A stretch of DNA of 64,000 nucleotides, taken from positions 12,581-76,580 of the forward strand of contig CALFMK010000003.1 in the NCBI GenBank assembly GCA_937879955.1, given 5' to 3'. This DNA is from an uncultured bacterium (lineage in GTDB: Bacteria > Patescibacteriota > Minisyncoccia > Phycocordibacterales > Phycocordibacteraceae). The notes under the pieces are model-generated. The model saw nothing but the letters and a program-made list of their open reading frames with translations, was not told the DNA's origin and ran no database searches. Below, piece by piece: positions 19,074 to 26,957 of this stretch (position 1 is the stretch's first letter; each line of letters begins with the position of its first letter). A program made the translations under genes and the position numbers.

Positions 19074-20026
19074 GCGCGTGTCTTGTAATCAATAAATTGT
19101 GAGAAGCATTCCCGCGTGCCAGTCTTCGGCTTCCAGCCGAGCGTTGTGGCTATCGACGCGAGGCTAGGTATGCGCTTCTCTGAGTCTACTCCGGAAAAGG
19201 TGCCGCCGCTCCGTATGGCCGGAGTGTATCCAGGAGGAAGCACTCCTTTCTCATGGCCAAGCTCGAGCATAAGGTCCGCAAGCTCAAGGAGGTTCACGGG
19301 CTCATCGCCGCCAATATTGAAGGTCTGGTTATCTGTGCGTGTGTCTTCGACGTAGGCCGCGATGGCCTGCGCGACGTCTTCGACCCACGTAAAGCAGCGA
19401 ACTTGGGCGCCGTTTCCGTATATTTCAAGTTCAGGGACGTGTTCAACGAACAGGCGGCGGTAGAAGTCGACGAAGACATGACCGTCACTGTCATGAGGCT
19501 CGAGCGGGGAGACGACGTTGAATGGGCGCCAGATAGTATGGGGTATGCCATGCTGCTTGCTGAAAAGCCGTACTGCTCTCTCGCCGAACATCTTCGCAAG
19601 ACCATAGGATGAGACCGGCGGAGGGATGGACTCCGTCATGTCCTCCGTGAACGGGACAGACGTGGCGGTCTCGTATACGAGAGCGGAGGATAGGTAGATG
19701 AATTTGCGGACTGCCCTCGATTCTCTCAGCACATTCTGGAGTATGCTCACGTCGTTATCGAAGAGGTCAGATGCCGCGTCACGAAAGCCCGACGCAGAAT
19801 ATCGCTGGGCAGCGAGGTGCAGGACGAACTGAGGCCGTGTCTTCTGGAACAAGTCGTGGACAAACCTTGGATCCTTCAAGTCGCCCACGTACAGATCGGC
19901 CTCTGTCGGCCGCTGTGAGTGACTGACACGGATAATGCGGGTGCCGGGAATGGTCTCCCGTAGGCTCCTGCATACGTACGTACCTATATTTCCTTCGCTT
20001 CCAGTGACAAGTATCGTCGGCGCCAT
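19070..20026 (-). CDS. NAD-dependent epimerase/dehydratase
   Basis: VTGSEGNIG, YGLAK, RPFNV. Confidence 0.88.
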   Translation of the reverse strand: MAPTILVTGSEGNIGTYVCRSLRETIPGTRIIRVSHSQRPTEADLYVGDLKDPRFVHDLFQKTRPQFVLHLAAQRYSASGFRDAASDLFDNDVSILQNVLRESRAVRKFIYLSSALVYETATSVPFTEDMTESIPPPVSSYGLAKMFGERAVRLFSKQHGIPHTIWRPFNVVSPLEPHDSDGHVFVDFYRRLFVEHVPELEIYGNGAQVRCFTWVEDVAQAIAAYVEDTRTDNQTFNIGGDEPVNLLELADLMLELGHEKGVLPPGYTPAIRSGGTFSGVDSEKRIPSLASIATTLGWKPKTGTRECFSQFIDYKTRA

Positions 20027-20043
20027 GGTCAGGATGGTTGCCG

Positions 20044-20847
20044 CTACCGAAGTCGCATGCCGTCAAACACGGTCGTCTTGAAATTCTCATTCTCTGACAC
20101 TATAGTCTCGAACAACTTAAGGTTTCCTAGGCCGAGTTGCTTCGCATAGGTCGCGAACGCCTTCGTGTCCTTCGGGAGACATACGCCGCCAAAACCCCTG
20201 AAGTTCTCGTTGCAGTCGAGATACGCATCAGGAATGTTGTCCCGTTTGACCACGGTGTCTTTCACCTTGGCATAATCTGCGCCCGCTGCCTTGCAGACTT
20301 CGTAGAACTCGTTCGCGAATATCACGCGCATCGCGTTGAAAACGTTCGAGAAGTACTTCACGAACTCTGCTTCAAGCGGCGTGATCCGAGAAAATGACCT
20401 CGGTATTGATCCGTGAGCGGCCTCTATAATCGCGTAGTCTTCGTCTGTGTACGCACCGATGGCGCACACATCCTGGTTCTCGAAGAAATCAGTAAACGCA
20501 GCTCGTTCCCGAAGGAATTCAGGGCAGAATGAGAGGCGCAGATTCGGATGTCTCGCGGCGAGTCTGTCCGTGAGTCCCGGAGTTACTGTCGACTTAATCG
20601 TGGTGACGCCGCGATATCCGAGGTCGGCGAGCTCCTTCACAACACCCTCAACAACGCTCGTATCGCAGATTCCTTCATCGTCTGTCTTCGTTGGCACACA
20701 AATGAAGCAAACTTCCGTATCGAGCACGCGTTCGATCGAGCTTCCCTCGAGCTTCGTATCATGCCCGATAACCTCATGTCCTATGCGAGAGAGGCCGTGG
20801 TGGACCGCTTCTCCGACGACGCCGAGCCCTACGATGCCAATTTTCAT
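20044..20847 (-). CDS. UDP-glucose/GDP-mannose dehydrogenase family, short form
   Basis: GLGVVG, CVPT, KSTV, PEFLRE, GFGGVCLPKD. At 267 aa it lacks the C-terminal domain. Confidence 0.88.
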   Translation of the reverse strand: MKIGIVGLGVVGEAVHHGLSRIGHEVIGHDTKLEGSSIERVLDTEVCFICVPTKTDDEGICDTSVVEGVVKELADLGYRGVTTIKSTVTPGLTDRLAARHPNLRLSFCPEFLRERAAFTDFFENQDVCAIGAYTDEDYAIIEAAHGSIPRSFSRITPLEAEFVKYFSNVFNAMRVIFANEFYEVCKAAGADYAKVKDTVVKRDNIPDAYLDCNENFRGFGGVCLPKDTKAFATYAKQLGLGNLKLFETIVSENENFKTTVFDGMRLR

Positions 20848-20873
20848 ACGTGAAGCCTAGCAACCTCCTGATG

Positions 20874-22136
20874 CTAGGTCAAAGAGCCGCTTCCGGGCTC
20901 CCTTGCAGAGATGAGTACCGTTGGGATGACGACTATGAGAAAGAGGATACCTGCGAGTATGCGGCCTGCGATTAGGCCCCAGAGCCCCCAAATCATGATG
21001 CCAATGGTCTGGAATACGAGATTTGCCACCGGTGTCACCGTACTTGCTATATAGAGACCCTTGATTCTCCGGTGTGCCAGGAGCACAGCTCCGACGAAGT
21101 TCCCGGCGGCCATGAGAAGCGTGAGAGAGAATACCTGCGTATATGGAATCACGTCGACATACTGGGGGTATATCCACGCGAAGATGTAGGGAACGAACAC
21201 GATGTACGCGAATATCGTTCCTGCGATAGGGAAGAGCATGACGAGCGCCTTTCGCATGATGGTCGAGCGAAGCCGTTCGATCGGTTGCTCTGCGAAGCGG
21301 GGAAGCACGGCGTTCGTAATATTCTTGAATATGCCGCCTATCCGGTCCGGGATGAGCGTGGCCATGCTGTATGCAGCAAGCTGGACCGGGCCGAGGAAAT
21401 GGAATATCAGGAAATTATCAATCTGAAGCGATATGGCGCCGATGAGGTTCATGATGCTGAGGTGCTTCGAGTAGGAGAGAACCTCGGGATCAATTTCCCC
21501 TATCTTGAGTTTGAAGGTACGGATGGTGACTATATATAAGACGAGAGGGCTGAGTGCTGTAATGGCGAGATTCACTGCGACAAGCGGTACGACCGAGGGT
21601 GCGAACATGACCGTCAGCAGCATCAGGGCGTAGTAGGCGATGTTACCTGCGCTTGAGAAGAAGAAGTGGGTCCTGAATGCCTTCTTCCCGATGAGGAACG
21701 AGGCGTAGCTGTTGAATGTCGTGACGATTGGGAGCGCGATCGCTATGCATATGCCGCCAATACCGAGCCTGAGGTCTCCGTTGATCAGGTAGTAGGCACT
21801 CATCGAGAATGCGATCAGGGACGAGAGTGAGCTCCAGGCAAGCTGCGGTCGTATAGAGGCCCGTAGTACGGTTTCGTCACCTTGGGCCACTGCGCGTGTA
21901 ATCGCCGAGTTCATGCCGGTGAGCGTGAAGGCGGTGAGTATGGAGAACACGGAGAGCAGGTACTGATACGTTCCGAAGGTCTCCTTCGGAAGGAGGTTTG
22001 CGAACGCTATAGATATGAGGAAGGATCCCAGTATGGTCACGGCTGATCCGAGATTGAGCCAGAAACCGCTGCTAAGCGCGTACCGTATGTCGAGCCGGAG
22101 TACACGTTCGGCCTTATTGAGAAGGGAATGCTTCAT
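20874..22136 (-). CDS. Wzx-type oligosaccharide flippase
   Basis: Many TM helices, ANLLPKETFGTYQY, glycan-cluster context. Confidence 0.82.
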   Translation of the reverse strand: MKHSLLNKAERVLRLDIRYALSSGFWLNLGSAVTILGSFLISIAFANLLPKETFGTYQYLLSVFSILTAFTLTGMNSAITRAVAQGDETVLRASIRPQLAWSSLSSLIAFSMSAYYLINGDLRLGIGGICIAIALPIVTTFNSYASFLIGKKAFRTHFFFSSAGNIAYYALMLLTVMFAPSVVPLVAVNLAITALSPLVLYIVTIRTFKLKIGEIDPEVLSYSKHLSIMNLIGAISLQIDNFLIFHFLGPVQLAAYSMATLIPDRIGGIFKNITNAVLPRFAEQPIERLRSTIMRKALVMLFPIAGTIFAYIVFVPYIFAWIYPQYVDVIPYTQVFSLTLLMAAGNFVGAVLLAHRRIKGLYIASTVTPVANLVFQTIGIMIWGLWGLIAGRILAGILFLIVVIPTVLISAREPGSGSLT

Positions 22137-22253
22137 GGGGTGCCTGCAGGGTTTATCCTAGCAGGTGATACGTCCTATAACTGGCATGCGGCCAGGGAAG
22201 TTCCTATTCGATACGATGACATTCCCTCCGTATTCCAGTACTCTGATGGCACC

Positions 22254-23252
22254 ATGAGCAAGAAAGCACTTATAACGGGAGCGGCGGGTTCGGTTGGTTG
22301 CTACCTGGCGCAGAACCTCCTCGCGCAGGAGTACGAGCTGATGCTCGTCGACAATCTGCAGCGCGGGACGGTCGACGCGGCATTCGCGAAGGTGCTCGAG
22401 GATACACGCGTCACGTGGAAGACACTCGACCTCACTGACCAGCGCGCGTATGCGGAGCTCGGGAGCGGATACGACCACGTCTACCATCTTGCTGCAGTGA
22501 ATGGCACGAAGCTTTTCTATGAGATACCGCACGAGGTTCTGCGGATAAACACGCTGTCACTCATCTACATGCTCGAGTGGTTCAAGGACCATAATAAGGA
22601 AGGGAAGTTCTGCTTCACCTCCTCGAACGAGGCGTATGCGAGCGCGCTCGACGCATTCGGCCAGCTGCCGATACCGACTCCCGAGGATGTGCCGCTCGTG
22701 ATCGACGATCCGTACAACGCGCGCTGGTCGTACGCGGGATCGAAGCTCATCGGCGAGCTCTTCGTAATCCACTATGCGCAACAGTACGGTCTGCGCGCGG
22801 TCGTGGTGCGTCCGCATAATTTCTACGGACCGCGCTCCGGATACGATCATGTCATACCAGAGATGATACGGCGCATCCTCGATCGCGAGGATCCGTTCGT
22901 GATCTATGGTGCGGACCAGACGCGTACCTTCTGCCATCTCGCGGATGCGACCGAAGCCATGCGCCTCCTCATGGAATCGACAAAGACCGATTCGCTCCCG
23001 ATCGAGACCGTCCACATCGGTGCAAGTGACGAGATAACCATGCAGGCGCTTGCCGAGCGGCTCTTCGCAATCGGCGAATGGACGCCGGGGTCCATCGATC
23101 TTAAATCAGCGCCCGAAGGGAGCGTGAAGCGCCGTCTGGCCGATATCAGCAAGATACGTGAGCTCATCGGCTGGGAGCCAAAGATTTCCCTGGACGAAGG
23201 CCTTAGGGAGACATTCCGGTGGTACTCGGATAATCCGAAACGGAAATCCTAA
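22254..23252 (+). CDS. NAD-dependent epimerase/decarboxylase-type SDR
   Basis: ITGAAGSVG, HLAAVNG, RWSYAGSK, RPHNFYGP. Start moved to ATG 22254. Confidence 0.88.
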   Translation: MSKKALITGAAGSVGCYLAQNLLAQEYELMLVDNLQRGTVDAAFAKVLEDTRVTWKTLDLTDQRAYAELGSGYDHVYHLAAVNGTKLFYEIPHEVLRINTLSLIYMLEWFKDHNKEGKFCFTSSNEAYASALDAFGQLPIPTPEDVPLVIDDPYNARWSYAGSKLIGELFVIHYAQQYGLRAVVVRPHNFYGPRSGYDHVIPEMIRRILDREDPFVIYGADQTRTFCHLADATEAMRLLMESTKTDSLPIETVHIGASDEITMQALAERLFAIGEWTPGSIDLKSAPEGSVKRRLADISKIRELIGWEPKISLDEGLRETFRWYSDNPKRKS

Positions 23253-23285
23253 GAAAGACGGGAAGGGTAGTATACTGGCGGCATT

Positions 23286-25466
23286 ATGAAACAAACCGCC
23301 CGCTGGGTCGCCATCGTCGCCCTGTTCGCCATCCCGTTCCTTCCTTTATACGTATCGAACGAGCTCTTCTTCCCGTTCATAACCGGGAAGAACTTCGCGT
23401 TCCGCATCCTCGTGGAAATCGCGCTCGGCGCGTGGGTGCTGCTCGCGCTCATGGACCGCAAGTACCGTCCTCGCTTCTCCTGGACGCTCGTGCTGTTCGG
23501 GATGCTCACGGCATGGATGGCAGTGGCGGACGCGCTCGGGGTGCACCCGCACAAGGCGTTCTGGAGCAACTTCGAGCGCATGGACGGCTGGGTGATGCTC
23601 ATCCATGTGTTCGCGTTCTTCCTGGTCGCCGGTTCCGTGCTTGCGGTCGAGAAGCTCTGGCGGCACTGGTGGATATTCTTCCTGTCGGTAGCGGCGGTCG
23701 TGTGTATGTACGGACTCCTGCAGGTGTCTGGCAGCGCTGACATACACCAGGGAGGCGTTCGCGTGGACGCGTCCTTCGGCAATGCGATCTACATGGCGGT
23801 GTATTTGATGTTCTCGATACTGGTCGCTGGATGGCTCGCGGTGACGTCGAGGAGGGCTTGGGTGCGCTGGCTCCTCGCAGGTTCCGCAGCGCTCTCTCTC
23901 GGTATCCTCCTCTTCACGGCGTCGCGCGGTCCGGTCATCGGGCTCGCTGCAGGTATCGCATCCGCTTCCGTGCTCTGGCTCATGCTCGCGCTCCGTGATC
24001 GCAATGAGAAGAACGTCCTCGGGCTCCGTATAGCGGCCGGAGGCCTCATCGCACTCATCCTGGCCGTAGGAGGATTCTTCCTCATCCGGGATTCCGCGTT
24101 CGTGCAGGGAACGCCGGTGCTCCAGCGCCTCTCGAGCGTCTTCTCGCTGAGCGAGGAGCTCAAGGTCCGCTCCACGATCTGGGGCATGGCGCTCGAAGGC
24201 GTGAAGGAGGATCCGCTCACGGGCTGGGGCCAGGAAGGATTCAATCAGGTGTTCAACAAGTACTACGAGCCGTCGCTTTATGCGCAGGAATCGTGGTTCG
24301 ACCGCGCCCATAACATGTACATCGACTGGATGGTTGCAGGCGGCATACCGGCGTTCCTGCTCTTCGTGGCGATGCTTGCGCTCGGATTCTTCGGCCTCCT
24401 GCGCGCCCCTGGATACACGAGAGCGGAACGCGTCATCCTCGTCGGCGCGCTCGTCGCGTACGCCGTGCAGGCGCTCGTGGTGTTCGACAACCTCTTCAGC
24501 TACGTGCCGTTCGTGCTCCTGCTCGCCATGGCGCATGGCGCAGGCGCCCGTCCGATACAGAAGCTCGAGAGACTGCCCGAGCTCAGGTCCGAGAACAATA
24601 CGATGCTGGCCGCTTCCGGCGTCGCCGTCGTGACGATCGTCACGGTCTGGATGGTGAACGTCCCGAACATGATGGCAGCAAGCCACCTTGTCTATGCCAT
24701 CTCGCCGACGCCGAAGGGCGTGGAGCAGAATCTGAAGCTCTTCGAGAAGGCGCTTTCAGACGGTTCCTTCGGCAGTCAGGAGATCCGCGAGCAGCTCGTA
24801 TCCTTCGCGTCGCGCGTCGTATCGGAAGACAGCATCCCTGACGTGACTAAGCGTATATTCGCGACCTACGCGATCGACGAGATGGGCAAGGAGGTTGCGG
24901 AGTCGCCTAACGACGCGCGGCTCCGCATGCAGTACGCGGGCGCGTTCGATGCGGTGGGGGACAGCGAACGCTCCCTCGAGCAGATAGATGCAGCCCTGGC
25001 CCTCTCACCGAAGAAGCAGGCGATCATCCTGAACCGCGGCTTCAAGCTCTACGAGCTCAAGCGTCCAGAAGAGGCGCGTGCCGCGTTCCGCGAAGCATAC
25101 GATCTTGACCCTTCGTTCGACCAGGTCGCGGCTGCTGCGGCATCCGGCTACATCCTGACAGGCGACGTTGCGGGCGGAAAGGCGCTCCTCATCGAGGCCG
25201 TCGGCACTACGACGCCCGCGAGCGACTCGCTCTTCTACGCGTACTACCAGACGAAGCAGTGGCGCGAGCTCGTCGGCGTCGCACAGGCGCAGGTGCTCGC
25301 CGACAACGGCTCCTCGAAGTCGCGCTTCCGTCTCGCACAGGCGTACGCGGCGTCGCGACGCTTCGACGAGGCGCGCGCGGAGATACTCGCAACAATCAGC
25401 GCGCACCCTGACGCGCGCAAGGAGGGCGAAGCGCTCTTGGCGCAGATCTTCACGCCTGCTCAATGA
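23286..25466 (+). CDS. O-antigen ligase-like (Wzy_C) membrane protein with C-terminal TPR region
   Basis: Multi-TM; FGNAIY, TASRG, R..IW..A...P..GWG, DRAHN motifs; TPR-like helical repeats. Confidence 0.85.
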   Translation: MKQTARWVAIVALFAIPFLPLYVSNELFFPFITGKNFAFRILVEIALGAWVLLALMDRKYRPRFSWTLVLFGMLTAWMAVADALGVHPHKAFWSNFERMDGWVMLIHVFAFFLVAGSVLAVEKLWRHWWIFFLSVAAVVCMYGLLQVSGSADIHQGGVRVDASFGNAIYMAVYLMFSILVAGWLAVTSRRAWVRWLLAGSAALSLGILLFTASRGPVIGLAAGIASASVLWLMLALRDRNEKNVLGLRIAAGGLIALILAVGGFFLIRDSAFVQGTPVLQRLSSVFSLSEELKVRSTIWGMALEGVKEDPLTGWGQEGFNQVFNKYYEPSLYAQESWFDRAHNMYIDWMVAGGIPAFLLFVAMLALGFFGLLRAPGYTRAERVILVGALVAYAVQALVVFDNLFSYVPFVLLLAMAHGAGARPIQKLERLPELRSENNTMLAASGVAVVTIVTVWMVNVPNMMAASHLVYAISPTPKGVEQNLKLFEKALSDGSFGSQEIREQLVSFASRVVSEDSIPDVTKRIFATYAIDEMGKEVAESPNDARLRMQYAGAFDAVGDSERSLEQIDAALALSPKKQAIILNRGFKLYELKRPEEARAAFREAYDLDPSFDQVAAAAASGYILTGDVAGGKALLIEAVGTTTPASDSLFYAYYQTKQWRELVGVAQAQVLADNGSSKSRFRLAQAYAASRRFDEARAEILATISAHPDARKEGEALLAQIFTPAQ

Positions 25467-26473
25467 TCCTGATGGAGAACGTGCTGCTATCAGGCCTGAC
25501 GACGCTGCGCGTCGGCGGGCCTGTACGCTATCTCGCTGCATGCGGGAGCGAGAGCGATGTTGTCGAGGCCGTGGCGTTCGCACGAGAGCATGCGCTTGCG
25601 TATCTCGTCCTTGGCGAAGGAAGCAATGTACTCGCTTCGGATGCAGGGTTTGAGGGCGTGGTCATCAGTATGCGCATGCCCGGCATCGAGACGAGCGAGG
25701 AGGGGAATGACGTAATCCTGAAGACAGGTGCAGGTGTGCGCTGGGACGATCTCGTGCGGTACGCGGCAGAGCGCTCTCTCTGGGGCATCGAGAATCTCGC
25801 GGGCATACCGGGCACGGTGGGCGCCGCTCCGGTACAGAACATCGGCGCGTACGGCATGGAGGTGAAGGATACGATTTCCGAAGTCCGGGTGCTCGATACG
25901 AAGACCGGAGAGATCCGCCTGTTCTCGAACCAGGACTGCGCGTTCGGGTACCGCGACAGCCGGTTCAAGCGGGAAGAGGGGCTCATAATCCTTAGTGTTT
26001 CGTTCCGATTAAAGAGAGATGGTACGCCGTCGCTCGGATACAAGGATTTACAGGCGCTCATCGACGCAGGAGAGGACCTCTCTACGCCGACTGCGATCGG
26101 CGAGGCCGTACGCGCCGTACGCGCGCGCAAGTTCCCGGACCTGGCGGTGTACGGGACCGCCGGTTCCTTCTTCAAGAACCCGACGGTATCCGAAGCTGCG
26201 TACGCGGAACTCGTCAAGCGGTACGAAGGAATCCCGGGATTCCCGAACGATGAAGGCGTGAAGGTGCCGCTCGCGTTCGTGCTCGACAAGGTGCTCGGGC
26301 TTCGCGGGCATCGTGTCGGGAACGTATCGCTCTTCGAGGCGCAGCCGCTCGTGCTCGTCGCGTATGACGGCGCGACCGCGGATGAGATCGATGCGTTCGC
26401 GGATGATATCGCGAAGCGCGTCTACGCAGCGACAGGCATTATGATCGAACGGGAAGTGCGAACGTTCGGATAA
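25463..26473 (+). CDS. murB: UDP-N-acetylenolpyruvoylglucosamine reductase
   Basis: GEGSN, ENLAGIPGTVGAAPVQNIGAYG, FGYRDS, AGSFFKNP. Confidence 0.95.
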   Translation: MILMENVLLSGLTTLRVGGPVRYLAACGSESDVVEAVAFAREHALAYLVLGEGSNVLASDAGFEGVVISMRMPGIETSEEGNDVILKTGAGVRWDDLVRYAAERSLWGIENLAGIPGTVGAAPVQNIGAYGMEVKDTISEVRVLDTKTGEIRLFSNQDCAFGYRDSRFKREEGLIILSVSFRLKRDGTPSLGYKDLQALIDAGEDLSTPTAIGEAVRAVRARKFPDLAVYGTAGSFFKNPTVSEAAYAELVKRYEGIPGFPNDEGVKVPLAFVLDKVLGLRGHRVGNVSLFEAQPLVLVAYDGATADEIDAFADDIAKRVYAATGIMIEREVRTFG

Positions 26474-26490
26474 ATTATTTTCACGGAGAA

Positions 26491-26525
26491 AAATATTCGC
26501 GAAGAAATTTTCTTCGCGAATATTT
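26491..26525. repeat. 35-bp AT-rich palindrome
   Basis: AAATATTCGCGAAGAAA-T-TTTCTTCGCGAATATTT. Confidence 0.9.
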
Positions 26526-26533
26526 CTTTACAC

Positions 26534-26542
26534 TTATCCACA
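26534..26542 (+). promoter_or_regulatory. Consensus DnaA box
   Basis: TTATCCACA in an AT-rich intergenic region. Single copy, function unproven. Confidence 0.4.
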
Positions 26543-26680
26543 CATGAAATTTTTTTCACGCGTAAATATTTTTTTTAGTCGCATACTAATCGGTAGCACG
26601 CATGACAAAGAAATTTTTCGTAAGAAAAGATTCTTATCGTGCGGGTCGACAATACCAGTCATAGAAATTTTCACAGACCT

Positions 26681-26848
26681 ATGGCAGCAAAGAAGAAGAC
26701 CGTTAAGAAGGCAGCTAAGAAGACGGTAAAGAAGGCAGCACCAAAGAAGAAGGCTGCAAAGAAGACCGTTAAGAAGGCAGCTAAGAAGACGGTAAAGAAG
26801 GCAGCGAAGAAGGCCCCTGCAAAGCGCAAGGCCGCAAAGCGCAAGTAG
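26681..26848 (+). CDS. Histone-H1-like Lys/Ala-rich basic protein (55 aa)
   Basis: MAAKKKTVKKAAKKTVKKAAPKKK... with its own terminator. Perfect 47-bp internal repeat at 26693-26739 and 26759-26805. Confidence 0.8.
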   Translation: MAAKKKTVKKAAKKTVKKAAPKKKAAKKTVKKAAKKTVKKAAKKAPAKRKAAKRK

Positions 26849-26866
26849 TCTTCGGACTCATGCCTT

Positions 26867-26896
26867 GTAAAAGCCTCCCGTACGGGAGGCTTTTAC
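26867..26896 (+). terminator. Intrinsic terminator
   Basis: GTAAAAGCCTCCCG-TA-CGGGAGGCTTTTAC. Confidence 0.8.
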
Positions 26897-26957
26897 GTTG
26901 ATGCTGTCAGGGCGAGGCGTTATGCGGTATAGTGCCGATACCTATATATAGATACGT

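Noticed and set aside
26472-26680. Replication origin oriC
   Set aside because: Only one consensus DnaA box, no dnaA or dnaN nearby, and no switch in gene orientation. Kept only as a regulatory finding.
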